Positions 19,083 to 29,400 are shown, counted from the stretch's first letter. The stretch: DNA of 52,006 bases from a candidate division FCPU426 bacterium (GCA_963830915.1 CAWHOE010000030.1:1-52006); one strand, 5' to 3'. Made by a program: numbers and translations. The notes: generated by a model not told the origin, from the sequence alone.

Positions 19083-20465
19083 TCACGAACCCTTGATAGC
19101 GACCTTGTTCTCGGCCATCTTCTTCACGACCGCCTTGAACTTCCGTCCGCGGTCCTCGTAATTGTCGAACATGTCGAAACTGGCGCAGCCGGGCGAGAAC
19201 AGCACCACCCCGCCCTTCTCGCAGGCGGTGTAAGCCCCCCGGACCGTCTCTTCCAGGGTCCCCGCCTCCACCACCGTCGCCGTCCCCGAAAGCTGGCGGA
19301 CGACCTTGTCCTTGCACTCGCCGAAGGCCACGATCCTCGTGACTTTTTCCTGGATCAGGGGAATGAGCTTGGTGAAATCCCCCGCCTTGTCCCGCCCGCC
19401 CAGGATCAGCACGATGGGTTTGGGGAAGCTCTCCAGGGCCTTCATTACCGAATCCACGTTGGTCCCTTTGGAATCGTTCACGAACCGGACCCCCTCCACC
19501 TCACCCGCCGCCTCCAGCCTGTGCTCCACCCCTTGGAAGTCAGCGAGGGTCTGGGCGATGACGCCGTCCGGCACTCCCGCCAGGGAGGCCGCCAGGGCCG
19601 CCGCGCAGGCGTTCTCCAAATTGTGGGGACCGGGGATCTTCAGATCGGAAGCGTTGATGAGGTGTCGTCCTAGAAGCTCCAGCCGGTCCCCGACGACGTA
19701 ACATCCGGGTTCGCCGGAATTACGGGCTTTCTCGATGAAACCGAACAGATGCACGCGGCTCTTGACCAGGCCCGTGAAAAGGGGCGTGAATTTGTCGCCC
19801 ACATTCAAAAGGGCCGCGTCCTCCGGTCCCTGATTCTCGAAGACTCGGGCTTTCATTTCGGCGTAGGTCTGCATGGATTGATGGCGGTCCAGGTGGTCCG
19901 GGGTAACGTTCAGGATGGCCGCCACGTTGGGGCGGAACTCCTGGATGGTCTCCAATTGGAAGCTGGAAACCTCCAGCACCGCCCAATCCTCGACGGAAAG
20001 CTCGAAGACCGCCTCAGAGAAGGCCTTGCCGATGTTCCCGCAGGCGATGGACCGCTTCCCGGCCTTTTCGATCATGGCGGCGGTCAGGGTGGTGGTGGTC
20101 GTCTTGCCATTGGTCCCCGTGAGGGCGATGATGTTGGAGGGGCAATAACCGTAGGCCAGTTCCATTTCCCCGATGACCGGGATCCCCTTCTCCCTGGCCC
20201 GATCCAGGGCCGGATGGTGGAACGGGACCCCCGGTGAGGTGACCACCAGGTCCGAAGCCAGTACGGAGGCCATATCCAGGCCGCCCAACACCAGCTTGGT
20301 GTGGGCCAGACCCTTGGCCTTCTCTATATAAGAGGCGAGTTTCTCCGGGGTCTTATCGTCCAGGACCATGACGGTGGCGCCATGGACGGACAACAGCTTG
20401 GCGGCGGCCAAACCCGACCGCCCCAGCCCGATGACCGCCACTTGTTTTCCTTGTACGTATTGCAT
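19083..20465 (-). CDS. murD: UDP-MurNAc-L-Ala--D-Glu ligase
   Basis: GLGRSG, TGTNGKTTTT, EVSSFQL, NDSKGTN, SPGCASFD. Confidence 0.98.
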   Translation of the reverse strand: MQYVQGKQVAVIGLGRSGLAAAKLLSVHGATVMVLDDKTPEKLASYIEKAKGLAHTKLVLGGLDMASVLASDLVVTSPGVPFHHPALDRAREKGIPVIGEMELAYGYCPSNIIALTGTNGKTTTTTLTAAMIEKAGKRSIACGNIGKAFSEAVFELSVEDWAVLEVSSFQLETIQEFRPNVAAILNVTPDHLDRHQSMQTYAEMKARVFENQGPEDAALLNVGDKFTPLFTGLVKSRVHLFGFIEKARNSGEPGCYVVGDRLELLGRHLINASDLKIPGPHNLENACAAALAASLAGVPDGVIAQTLADFQGVEHRLEAAGEVEGVRFVNDSKGTNVDSVMKALESFPKPIVLILGGRDKAGDFTKLIPLIQEKVTRIVAFGECKDKVVRQLSGTATVVEAGTLEETVRGAYTACEKGGVVLFSPGCASFDMFDNYEDRGRKFKAVVKKMAENKVAIKGS

Positions 20466-20475
20466 CTTTTTCCTT

Positions 20476-21564
20476 TTAGCGCAATTTCAGGGTCGAAAGC
20501 GTCAAGAGCGTCAGCAGGATGGCCACGATCCAGAACCTCACGATGAGCTTGGATTCGGGCACCCCGGAAAGCTCGAAATGGTGGTGCAGGGGGGCCATCT
20601 TGAATATCCGCTTGCCGCTCACCTTGAAGGAGGTGACCTGGATGATGACCGATAGGGCCTCCGCCACGAAGATGCCCCCCACGATGATCAGCAGGATCTC
20701 CTGCTTGACCATCACCGCGATGGTGCCCAGTAAACCGCCCAGGGCCAAGGAGCCTGTGTCGCCCATGAAGACTTGGGCCGGGTGCGCGTTGAACCAGAGG
20801 AAGCCCAGACCCGCCCCCACCAGGGCGGCGCAGAGGACTGTCAGCTCGCTGGCGCCGGGGACGGTGATGATCTTCAGGTATTCGGAGAACTTGATGTTGC
20901 CCGAAACGTAGGTCACCACCGCGAAGGCCAAGGCCGCGAAGGTGGTGCATCCCACCGCCAGGCCGTCCAGCCCGTCGGTCAGGTTCACCGAGTTGGAGGC
21001 GCTCACGATGACCAGCACCGCGAAGAAGGGATAAAGGGCGTCCAGATTTACCGGGTATTTATAGAAAGGAAGGGTGATGCAGGTCTTGAGATGGAACTCC
21101 TCGGGAAGCACCGTCAGGTACAAGCCCACGATCAGGATGGCGCCCAGGGTCTGGAAAGCCATTTTGTAGAAGCTGGAAATGCCCCGGTTCTTTCCCTTTC
21201 CCATGAGCTTCCAGTAGTCGTCCGCGAAGCCGATGCCGCCGAACCAGACGATGGAGAGCAGGGCGATCCAGAGGAACTTGGAATCCCAACGCACCCAGAG
21301 CAGCGCGCTGATCAAAAGGGTGGCCAGGATCAACAACCCGCCCATGGTGGGGGTCCCCGCCTTGGCCGAATGGCTGGCAGGTCCGTCGGTGCGGATCTTC
21401 TCGCCCAGTTGGGCGCCCCTCAAGCGGGCGATGAAAACCCCGCCGAACATCAGGCACAAAGTGAAGGTAGTCACGGCCGCGTAGACGCTGCGGAAAGTGA
21501 CGTAACGGAAAACGTTGAAACCGATGAATTTATTCGCCAAAGGATAGAGTAAGTGGTAAAGCAC
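20476..21564 (-). CDS. mraY: Phospho-MurNAc-pentapeptide transferase
   Basis: GTPTMGG, GFADDY, NLTDGLDGL, VFMGDTGS, MAPLHHHFE. Confidence 0.98.
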   Translation of the reverse strand: MLYHLLYPLANKFIGFNVFRYVTFRSVYAAVTTFTLCLMFGGVFIARLRGAQLGEKIRTDGPASHSAKAGTPTMGGLLILATLLISALLWVRWDSKFLWIALLSIVWFGGIGFADDYWKLMGKGKNRGISSFYKMAFQTLGAILIVGLYLTVLPEEFHLKTCITLPFYKYPVNLDALYPFFAVLVIVSASNSVNLTDGLDGLAVGCTTFAALAFAVVTYVSGNIKFSEYLKIITVPGASELTVLCAALVGAGLGFLWFNAHPAQVFMGDTGSLALGGLLGTIAVMVKQEILLIIVGGIFVAEALSVIIQVTSFKVSGKRIFKMAPLHHHFELSGVPESKLIVRFWIVAILLTLLTLSTLKLR

Positions 21565-21605
21565 TAGCGCTCCTTTTTCTGATTCTTCTTAAAAGCCAAA
21601 CCTTT

Positions 21606-21752
21606 TTCACCACAGAGTTCACAGAGTTAAAACAAAGATTTTTTCATACTCTGCGTGACTCAGTGCGACTCTGTCCCCTTTGGCCCAAGGACCAAAGAAA
21701 TCGGGACTATACCGCATTCCATTTTGCTTTCATTGAAAGCGGCATGTGGTTC
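21606..21752. repeat. Intergenic palindromic repeat (CACAGAG...CTCTGTG type), right arm interrupted by an insertion
   Basis: CACCACAGAGTTCACAGAG...CTCTGCGTGACTCAGTGCGACTCTG[insert]TGTGGTT; the uninterrupted arm is visible at 28518-28550. Confidence 0.8.
21672..21746 (-). mobile_element. Double-hairpin micro-element, copy C (71 bp plus duplicated CA)
   Basis: On -: CA-TGCCGCTTTCAATG...GCGGTATAGTCCCGATT...AAAGGGGA-CA. The core matches copies A and B at 15/16. Removal restores AACCACAGAGTCGCAC. Confidence 0.7.
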
Positions 21753-21780
21753 AATCCTTTTTTCCGATCCTTCGCTCCAT

Positions 21781-23124
21781 TTAGAAATCTTCCAACACCT
21801 TCTCCAGCCTCATGCCCCTCGATCCCTTCAACAACACCGCGTCGCCCTTACGGGCGATGCCCTTCAGGAAGGTCCGCGCGTCCTGGGCCTGGTCGAACAA
21901 CTGGATCTTCTCCATGCTTCGGTCCTGCGTATCCTTCGCCGCCGCCCCCATGGCCTTGCCCACCAACAGGAGGGTGTGGCATTTCAGTTCCAGCGCTTTG
22001 CGGACGATCCGCTCGTGTGATTCCTGGGTGTGATCCCCCAGTTCCAGCATGTCCCCCAGGACCGCGATCTTGCGTTTGGGCCCTTTCAGGTCCTTGAAAG
22101 TCGATAAGGCCGCTTCCATCGAGGTGGGCGAGGCGTTGTAGGCGTCGTTGAGGAAGAGGATGCCCCTCACGTTCTGGATCTCCATGCGCATGGGAGACAG
22201 GCTCCGGAAGCTCTTCAGGCGCTGGGCCATGTATTTCAGGGGCAGGCCCAGGGCCAGTCCCGCCGAGACCGCCGCCAGGGCGTTGGTAACGTTATGCCGG
22301 CCCGGCACGGATAGCCGGGTGGGGATCTCTTGCCCCTGGGCCGCCAGAAGGAATTGGCTCCCCAGGCCGTCCGCCTGGACCTTTTTCGCCCTTACCTGGC
22401 CCAGTTTCAGGCCGAAGGTGACGGCGTTCTTCCCGGCGCCCGCCAGGTATGTGTCATCCGCGTTCAAGACCATCTTTCCGCCTTCCCTTAAAGCTGTCCC
22501 GATCCTCAGCTTCTCTTTCGCCAACTGCCGCTTGCCCTCGAAGAAACCCAGGTGGGCCTCGCCGATGGCGGTCACCACCGCCACGTCCGGCCTGGCCACC
22601 TCGGAGAGCCATTCCATCTCTCCCGGATGGTTGATGCCCAACTCCACCACCGCGGCCTGGTGGCCCGATGTCAACCTCAACAAGGTCAGGGGAAGTCCCC
22701 AGTGATTGTTCAGGTTGCCTTCGGACCTCAGGGTCCTCATCTTTCCCGACAGCAGGTGGGCCGTCATGTCCTTGACCGTGGTCTTGCCCACGCTTCCCGT
22801 CACCGCCACGACCGGTCCGTCCCATTGCAGCCTCTGCGACCTACCCAACTCGCCTAAGGCGCGGGTGGTGTCAGCCACCCTGATCTGCGGCAGGCCGTTA
22901 CCCGGAACGAACCGGGAAACCAAGGCCGCCTTCGCTCTCTTGCGCGCCGCTTCCTTCAAAAAGCGGTGCCCATCCAGCCTCCTTCCGACGATGGCGACGT
23001 AGAGGTCGCCTTTGTTCAAACTCCGGGTGTCGTGGGATACCCCCGTCACCCTCTCCTTTCCGTTCCCTCTCAACAATCGCCCGTTGGTCAGGGCCGCGAC
23101 CTCATCCAGGGTCCAGGGGATCAT
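21781..23124 (-). CDS. murF: UDP-MurNAc-tripeptide--D-Ala-D-Ala ligase
   Basis: VTGSVGKTTVK, GNLNNHWGLP, NDAYNASP, GDMLELG, LKGSRG. Confidence 0.98.
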   Translation of the reverse strand: MIPWTLDEVAALTNGRLLRGNGKERVTGVSHDTRSLNKGDLYVAIVGRRLDGHRFLKEAARKRAKAALVSRFVPGNGLPQIRVADTTRALGELGRSQRLQWDGPVVAVTGSVGKTTVKDMTAHLLSGKMRTLRSEGNLNNHWGLPLTLLRLTSGHQAAVVELGINHPGEMEWLSEVARPDVAVVTAIGEAHLGFFEGKRQLAKEKLRIGTALREGGKMVLNADDTYLAGAGKNAVTFGLKLGQVRAKKVQADGLGSQFLLAAQGQEIPTRLSVPGRHNVTNALAAVSAGLALGLPLKYMAQRLKSFRSLSPMRMEIQNVRGILFLNDAYNASPTSMEAALSTFKDLKGPKRKIAVLGDMLELGDHTQESHERIVRKALELKCHTLLLVGKAMGAAAKDTQDRSMEKIQLFDQAQDARTFLKGIARKGDAVLLKGSRGMRLEKVLEDF

Positions 23125-24599
23125 GAGCCTTTCATTTCCTTCAGGATCTCCCGGACCGTCTCCCGGTCGTCGAAATGCTGTTTCTGGTCCCCGATGACCT
23201 GATAAGTCTCGTGACCCTTGCCCGCGATCAGGACCAGGTCGCCTTTCTTCGCCAGGGACAGGGCCATGCGGATGGCGTCCCGGCGGTCCACCTCGGCCCA
23301 GACCTTCCGGTGGCCGTTGTGCATCTGGTTGGCCGGGATGCCCTTGAGGATCTCGTCAAGGATGGCCTTGGGCTCCTCGGTGCGGGGATTGTCCGAGGTC
23401 ACCACCGTGACATCGGCCAGGCGGGCGGAGATCTCGCCCATCAGGGGTCGCTTGGTCTTGTCCCTGTCGCCGCCGCACCCGAACAAGGAGATCAACTGGC
23501 GTCCTCTTTTATTGCCAAGGAGGATCCGAGCCTCGATCAGGGCCTGCTGAAGTGAGTCGGGGGTGTGGGCGTAGTCGACGATGACGGTGAAATCCTGGCC
23601 CGCCGAGACTTCCTCGAACCTTCCCGGGACCGGGGGAGCTTGCCGGAGGCCTTCCTGCAAGACCTGCCAGGAGAAACCCATCTCCTTCAACACTGAAATG
23701 GCCGCTAGGGAGTTATAGATATTGAACTGTCCCGAAAGGGGCACCTCGAACTTCTTGCCCTGTACCTGGAAACGGCTCCGTCCCGGCTCCAGCTCGACGC
23801 GGGTGGCCTTGTAGGCGCATTTGGTCTTCAAGCCATAGCCCTTCGCCTTGGACTTCAACTCGGTCAGGAGTTTCTTGCCGTAGGCGTCGTCCGCGTTCAC
23901 GGTCCGGGCCTTGAGGGTCTTGAACTCGGTAAAAAGCCTGCGTTTGGCCAGGAAATAGTGGGCGAAGTCCTTGTGGAAGTCCAAATGGTCCCGGCCCAGG
24001 TTGGTGAAGACCGCCCCTTTGAATTCCACACCCAATACCCTCTTCAATTCCAAAGCGTGGGAGGAGACTTCCATGACCGCGAAGGAACATCCTTGGCGGC
24101 GCATCTCGTCCAGCAGTTCCACGATGGAAAGGGCCGAGGGCGTGGTATTGGGCGCGTCATAGACCTTGCTTCCGACCTGGTAGGAGATGGTGCCGATCAG
24201 CCCGGTCTTTTCCCCGGCGGTCTGCAGGATGGACCTGAGCAGATAGGTGGTAGTGGTCTTTCCCTTGGTGCCGGTCACTCCGATGACCTTCACCGCCTTG
24301 GAGGGGTTCTGGAAGAAAGCGTGGGCCAAGCGGGCCAGGGCTTCCCGGCTGTCCGGGACCACCATCTGGGGAACATCCACGCCGTCCAACTTCTCGCCTT
24401 CCACGACGAGGGCGGATGCCCCCATCTCGACCGCTTCCTTGGCGTAGGTCTTTCCGTCAGCCTTGGCGCCGGGAATGCAGACGAACAGGTCGCCCGGCTG
24501 GGTTTTCTTGGAGTTCTCGGCCAATCCGGTCACGATCGGGTTCCCCTTGCCGGCTCTCTTGGCCTTCTTTAAACACTTAGCCAATTGGAGAAGTTTCAT
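23121..24599 (-). CDS. murE: UDP-MurNAc-dipeptide--meso-DAP ligase
   Basis: TGTKGKTTT, MEVSSH, DYAHTPD, DNPR (DAP-specific). Start MKLLQL overlaps the ftsI stop; the ORF track extension is spurious. Confidence 0.97.
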   Translation of the reverse strand: MKLLQLAKCLKKAKRAGKGNPIVTGLAENSKKTQPGDLFVCIPGAKADGKTYAKEAVEMGASALVVEGEKLDGVDVPQMVVPDSREALARLAHAFFQNPSKAVKVIGVTGTKGKTTTTYLLRSILQTAGEKTGLIGTISYQVGSKVYDAPNTTPSALSIVELLDEMRRQGCSFAVMEVSSHALELKRVLGVEFKGAVFTNLGRDHLDFHKDFAHYFLAKRRLFTEFKTLKARTVNADDAYGKKLLTELKSKAKGYGLKTKCAYKATRVELEPGRSRFQVQGKKFEVPLSGQFNIYNSLAAISVLKEMGFSWQVLQEGLRQAPPVPGRFEEVSAGQDFTVIVDYAHTPDSLQQALIEARILLGNKRGRQLISLFGCGGDRDKTKRPLMGEISARLADVTVVTSDNPRTEEPKAILDEILKGIPANQMHNGHRKVWAEVDRRDAIRMALSLAKKGDLVLIAGKGHETYQVIGDQKQHFDDRETVREILKEMKGS

Positions 24600-26731
24600 G
24601 AGTTTTCCCTCCCGGCCGGGGCCCGGGTGATGGGAAGGTCGCAGTTCAACTCGCAGGGAGCGTTGGATTGGAGGACACGGCCCGGCGGGGGAAATTGGGC
24701 TTTGACAATGCCCGACCCCTTGAAGTTCACCCTCACGCCCAGGGGAGCCAGCATGGCCAGGGCCTGGCGTTTGGTCTTGCCCTTCAGGTCCGGCATGACG
24801 CCTTTGGCCTGGGACGTGACAGATTCTCCCAAGGTCAGGGCCACTTTCACCGGCTTGCCGTTGTCCCCGGTCAGGGGCGAACCCGCTTTGATCGACTGGG
24901 TGACGACCCTTTCGCCCTTTCCGTCGAATTTCAATTTCATCCCGCTCTGTTCGGCCAGCCAACGGCTCTGGCTTTCGGTCAACCCCACGAAGGCAGGGAT
25001 GGTACGTTTGTCGTTATTGACCGTGATGGTGCTGTCCGGGTTCACCGAAGGAACCAGCGCGTAGGCCAGCGCCCGCTTGGCCACTTCCTTGAATACCGGC
25101 CCGGCCGTATAGCCGCCCCAGTAGATGCCCCGGGGATCGTCCAGCGAGACATAGATGACGAACTTGGGATTATCCGCCGGAACGAAACCCACGAAAGAGG
25201 AAACGTAGTTGTACCTGGAGTAATGGCCGTTCATGAATTTATAGGCGGTGCCGGTCTTGCCCGCGATGGGGTAGCTGGGCAGGAACACCGCCGTGCCGGT
25301 TCCCTTTTCCACGACCCACTTCATCATCTCCGTGATCCGGCGCGCGGTCTTGGCCGAGCAGACCCGGCGGATCTTTTCCGGGTGGTTCTCTTTCACCAGG
25401 GAACCGGCGCGGGTCCTCATCTCTTTCATCACATAGGGCTTCATCATGACCCCGCCGTTGGCGATGGCCGCGTAGGCGTTCAATATCTGGATGGGGGTGG
25501 CCGAAACCTCGTAGCCATAGGGGATGGTGGTCATGGAAATACCGCTCCACTTGTCCGGGGTCCTGAGCTTGCCGTCCGCCTCGCCCGGAAGGTCGATGCC
25601 GGTCGTCTGGCCGATCCCGAACTTCTGGCAGTAGCGGTACAGGTTGTCCTTGCCCAGCTTGGCCCCGACCTTCACCATGCCGATGTTGCTGGAATAGCCG
25701 AATACCTCGCGGAAGGTCAGCCAGCCGTGCTTCTCATGGTCCGTCACCACACGACCGTATAGGGTCTTGTAGGCCCCGTTCTCGCAGAAGAACTTGTCCT
25801 CCTCGGTCACTACGCCCTCTTCCAGGGCGCCCACGGCGGTCACCAGCTTGAAGGTACTTCCTGGCTCGAACTCGTTGTTGACCACCCGGTTCTTCCAGAC
25901 ATCCGGCGTGGAATCTTTGAAATGGTTGGGGTCGTAATCCGGGCAGTTGGCCAGGGCCAGGATCTCGCCCGTCTTGGGGTCCATCATGATGATGGAGGCG
26001 GCCTTGCAGCGGAATTTTTCGTAGGCCTTCACCAACTCCACCTGGGCGATATGCTGGAGGGTGGTATCCAGGGTGGTGACTACGTTCAGCCCGTCCACGC
26101 TGGCCTTTACCTGTTTGGAGTCCGCCACGACCGTCCGGCCGCGGGCGTCACGCTCCGCCATGACCATCCCCTTCTTGCCCATCAGGTTCTTGTCGTAGAA
26201 GCGTTCCAGGCCGTCCAGGCCCTGGTTGTCCAATCCGGCGAAACCCACCACGTGGGAAGCCATGTTGTGGTCGGGATAGAAACGGCGCTGCTCACGGTAG
26301 GCCTCCACGCCTTCCAACTTCAGGCTTTCGACCGCCTCGGACCTCTCGAAAGGGACTTGCCGGGCCAGCCACACGAAGGACTTGCCGTTGGTGAGCTTGG
26401 AAAGGATGGAGCCGTAGGATTGTCCCAGGGCCCGGGCCAGGACCGCCGCGGTTTGGGACTTGTCCGTGATCTGATCGGGATGGGCGCAGACGTTGAAGAG
26501 GTCGATGTTCATGGCCAGCAGGGTTCCATTGCGGTCCTCGATGATGCCCCGGGATGGCTCGGTCTCTTTCTGAGAGAATTGCTGGTGGAAGGCCATCTGG
26601 CGGTAGTCGCTGTGCTTGATGACCTGCAGGTAGACCAGTCGGGATTCCACGACGACGGCCGAGATCAGCACGACCGCCTCCAGGAAGAGGGTGCGTTTTT
26701 GGAGCTGGGAGAATTGGGAGAAAGAGCTCAT
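24596..26731 (-). CDS. ftsI: Class B PBP FtsI/PBP3 with two C-terminal PASTA domains
   Basis: RGIIEDRNG, EPGSTFK, SSN, KTGT; PASTA-like IPAFVGLT and MPDLKGKT; ATGA overlap with ftsL. Confidence 0.95.
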   Translation of the reverse strand: MSSFSQFSQLQKRTLFLEAVVLISAVVVESRLVYLQVIKHSDYRQMAFHQQFSQKETEPSRGIIEDRNGTLLAMNIDLFNVCAHPDQITDKSQTAAVLARALGQSYGSILSKLTNGKSFVWLARQVPFERSEAVESLKLEGVEAYREQRRFYPDHNMASHVVGFAGLDNQGLDGLERFYDKNLMGKKGMVMAERDARGRTVVADSKQVKASVDGLNVVTTLDTTLQHIAQVELVKAYEKFRCKAASIIMMDPKTGEILALANCPDYDPNHFKDSTPDVWKNRVVNNEFEPGSTFKLVTAVGALEEGVVTEEDKFFCENGAYKTLYGRVVTDHEKHGWLTFREVFGYSSNIGMVKVGAKLGKDNLYRYCQKFGIGQTTGIDLPGEADGKLRTPDKWSGISMTTIPYGYEVSATPIQILNAYAAIANGGVMMKPYVMKEMRTRAGSLVKENHPEKIRRVCSAKTARRITEMMKWVVEKGTGTAVFLPSYPIAGKTGTAYKFMNGHYSRYNYVSSFVGFVPADNPKFVIYVSLDDPRGIYWGGYTAGPVFKEVAKRALAYALVPSVNPDSTITVNNDKRTIPAFVGLTESQSRWLAEQSGMKLKFDGKGERVVTQSIKAGSPLTGDNGKPVKVALTLGESVTSQAKGVMPDLKGKTKRQALAMLAPLGVRVNFKGSGIVKAQFPPPGRVLQSNAPCELNCDLPITRAPAGRENS

Positions 26732-27165
26732 GGTTTCTTTTCCCCCGTCATGGTCTGCTTCCAGAAGGTGAACCATCGGGGATAGAAGAAGGGCCGGTCG
26801 TCCATGATGACCACCTGGTCGGTCCGGGGCGTCACCATGCCCAATTGGTCGCGGGCGATGGTCTCCACCCTGGTCAGGCTGTTGACCTCGTACATCTTGT
26901 ACTTGAGGTAGTAGTACTGGTTGGTAAGTTCCTGCTTCTCGGTGCGGAGGGCCTGGACCTCGTAGCTGAGCTTGACCACCTGCATGTGCTGCCAGACGTA
27001 GAAGAAGAGGAAGAGGCTCAGGATCAGAACGCTCCCCAGGGTGCCCTTGAAGTCCCGGCGTTTGAGGGCCTTGGCCAGGTTGCCACGCCAGAACAGCCCC
27101 GCGTCGATGGCCTCCCCGGCCGTATCGAAGAATTGTTCCTTCAGGGTGGTGGTGTTCTGGTTCAC
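26728..27165 (-). CDS. ftsL: Cell division protein FtsL
   Basis: TM helix, coiled coil, RVETIARDQLGM; located between rsmH and ftsI. Confidence 0.9.
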   Translation of the reverse strand: MNQNTTTLKEQFFDTAGEAIDAGLFWRGNLAKALKRRDFKGTLGSVLILSLFLFFYVWQHMQVVKLSYEVQALRTEKQELTNQYYYLKYKMYEVNSLTRVETIARDQLGMVTPRTDQVVIMDDRPFFYPRWFTFWKQTMTGEKKP

Positions 27166-28108
27166 GCCGCCCCTCCCGCCGACAGTTTCTGGGCCACCCT
27201 CAGCTTGGCGCTTCGGGAACGGGGGTTGGAAGCCATTTCCTCATTGGAGGCGGTCACGGGCTTACGGGTGACCAGCTTGAGGATCGCCTGATGACCGCAG
27301 ATACATTGGGGGATGCCGGGAGGGCAAAGGCATTGGGTGCTCTCGGTCTTGAAGTACTGTTTGACCATCCGGTCTTCCAGGGAATGGAAGGTGATGACGC
27401 CGATCCGGCCCCCCGGCTTGAGGAACTTGACCGCCATGGCCAGTCCCTTCTTCAGGACCGTTAACTCGTGGTTGACCTCGATGCGGATGGCCTGGAAAAG
27501 GCGGGTGGCTGGGTGTTTGGTCTCGCCCCTTTGATGGGGATTCCCCAGGACCTTCTGGGCGACCTGGGCCAGCTCGGTAGTGGTCTGGAAAGGCTTGATC
27601 TGGCGGGCCTGGACGATGCCCCGGGCCAGTGCCCGGGCCTTATGGTCCTCGCCGTACTCGTGGATGATGCGGGAAAGTTCTTCCTCGGGGTAGGTGTTGA
27701 CGACGTACCCGGCGGTGATGCCCTGGGTATTGTCCATGCGCATGTCCAGGGGGCCTTCCTGTTGGAAGGAGAATCCCCGGGCGGGGGTGTCAAGTTGTAA
27801 AGAGGATACGCCGATATCCATCAACACGCTGTCTACCTCGCTGACCGAAAGGTCTCTCAGCACCCACAGGAGGTCGGCGAAGTTGGCCTTGTACAGGGAG
27901 ACCCTTGGGTCTGCCCGGAGTGCTCGGCCGGCGTGTTGGAGGGCATCGACATCCTGATCTACACCTATCAAACGGCCATTCGGCAGGCTCTTCAGCAGCT
28001 CCGTCGAGTGACCGCCCATCCCGAGAGTGAGGTCCAAGACCACCCCGTCGGGAGGGGGGACAACCATTCAACGACTTCTTTCAAAAGTACCGGTTGGTGG
28101 ATGCTCAT
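27162..28108 (-). CDS. rsmH: 16S rRNA m4C1402 methyltransferase (1-bp frameshift in the G run near 28054-28059)
   Basis: True N-terminus MSIHQPVLLKEV starts at ATG 28108, out of frame by one base with DLTLGMGGHS, GVSSLQLD, FHSLEDR and NPRSRSAKLR. Confidence 0.95.
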
Positions 28109-28147
28109 CTCACCACGGCGGCATCGTGTCGCGGTGGCCGTTCATAC

Positions 28148-28486
28148 TCAAGACTCAAAACGGGCGAGAGCGTCTTCCTCGCTGGCCGAGACATCGAAGG
28201 AACCATAAGCTCCTACCAACTTAAAGAGATTGGTGACATAGGCGTTGAGTCCCACAAGCTTGATCTCCCCGCCCAGACCGCGAACCCGAAGGTTGCGGTC
28301 GGCGAGCTTGGAGATGCCGTTGAGGGATACGTGGGTGACGTTCCTGAAATTGAGGATGATGTAGGTGTTGTTCTTGATGACCGCGTCCATCATGGTGCGA
28401 AGCACGCCTTCCATGTCGCCCAGGGTCAAGTGGCCCGAGAGGCGAAGGACGGTGACGGTTTCATTCGTTTTTAAAGCGACGGACAT
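28148..28486 (-). CDS. STAS-domain (anti-sigma-factor-antagonist-like) protein 2
   Basis: VLRLSGHL...IILNFRNVTHVSLNGI...GGEIKLVGLN...EEDALARF. Confidence 0.88.
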   Translation of the reverse strand: MSVALKTNETVTVLRLSGHLTLGDMEGVLRTMMDAVIKNNTYIILNFRNVTHVSLNGISKLADRNLRVRGLGGEIKLVGLNAYVTNLFKLVGAYGSFDVSASEEDALARFES

Positions 28487-28517
28487 CTGGTTCTTCCTTA
28501 GCTATTCAAAATTTTTA

Positions 28518-28550
28518 CTCTGTGTGACTCCGTGCGACTCTGTGGTTAAT
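28518..28550. repeat. Solo arm of the intergenic palindromic repeat
   Basis: CTCTGTGTGACTCCGTGCGACTCTGTGGTTAAT, near-identical to the arm at 21650-21750 but without the insert. Confidence 0.75.
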
Positions 28551-28568
28551 ATCTTTTTGCCTCGCTTT

Positions 28569-28922
28569 TTAAGCGATCGCCGGCAACCGGCCCGTCTTTT
28601 CCATCATGTCGGCCACGTCCGGATAGAAATCGAACGTCTGGTCGACCCCCATCGTCCGGAACAGATGCATCAGGCGGCTGTTCAACCCCACGATCCTCAA
28701 GTCCCCGCCCTTATAGCGGGTCTTTCCCCAGTGATTCACCAGGGTCGCCAATCCGTTGGCGTTCATGTAAACCACTTGCGTCAGGTCCAACACGATGTGC
28801 AGATAACCCTTGCTCATCAGGGTCTCGATGGCGTGGTCCAGTTTCTCGACGTCCGACTCGCTCATATCCCCATCCACCACGATGAGGGAGAACTTTTCCT
28901 TGATCTCGATGCCCACGGTCAT
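28569..28922 (-). CDS. STAS-domain (anti-sigma-factor-antagonist-like) protein 1
   Basis: IVVDGDM...IVLDLTQVVYMNANGLATLV...GGDLRIVGLN. Confidence 0.88.
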   Translation of the reverse strand: MTVGIEIKEKFSLIVVDGDMSESDVEKLDHAIETLMSKGYLHIVLDLTQVVYMNANGLATLVNHWGKTRYKGGDLRIVGLNSRLMHLFRTMGVDQTFDFYPDVADMMEKTGRLPAIA

Positions 28923-28941
28923 GCTTCCCCTCTTGGTCCGA

Positions 28942-29400
28942 TCAGAGATTGAGCGACTGGATACCTTTGTCAGAAAGTTTCTGTCCTAAAAGCTCCATGG
29001 ATTGGGATGTCTGGGCAATGTAGGCGTCGTATTTTTCCTTGTCCCATATCTCGACTCGGTGGAGCATGCCCACGATGGCCACGTTCTTGGCGATACCGGC
29101 GGCCTTGCGGAGGATGGGCGAGAGGACGATGCGTCCCTGCTGGTCGATCTCAACCTCATCGACGGCTTTCATGATGGTGCGTTGGAACTGGCGAACCTCG
29201 GAATTGAGTGTGTCGAGGGAGGAGAGTTTCTCCTCGATCTTTTTCCAGGCGTCCATGGGATAGAGGAACAGGCATTGGTCGAAGCCCATGGTCAGGACAA
29301 GGGGAGTTTCGTGGCCCTCGCGAATCTGCTCGCGGAACCTGGCGGGTATGCTGACCCGGCCCTTGTCATCGACGGAGTTGTGGAATATCCCACGAAACAA
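28942..29400 (-). CDS. mraZ: Transcriptional regulator MraZ
   Basis: MFRG...DDKGRVSIPARFR, DQQGRI, RVEIWD; TTG start with GGAG RBS. Confidence 0.97.
   Translation of the reverse strand: MFRGIFHNSVDDKGRVSIPARFREQIREGHETPLVLTMGFDQCLFLYPMDAWKKIEEKLSSLDTLNSEVRQFQRTIMKAVDEVEIDQQGRIVLSPILRKAAGIAKNVAIVGMLHRVEIWDKEKYDAYIAQTSQSMELLGQKLSDKGIQSLNL

Noticed and set aside
9289..28474. Long plus-strand ORFs opposite dcw genes (for example 9289..10542, 15042..16775, 24668..25762)
   Set aside because: Antisense shadows caused by GC3 codon bias; no recognisable motifs.
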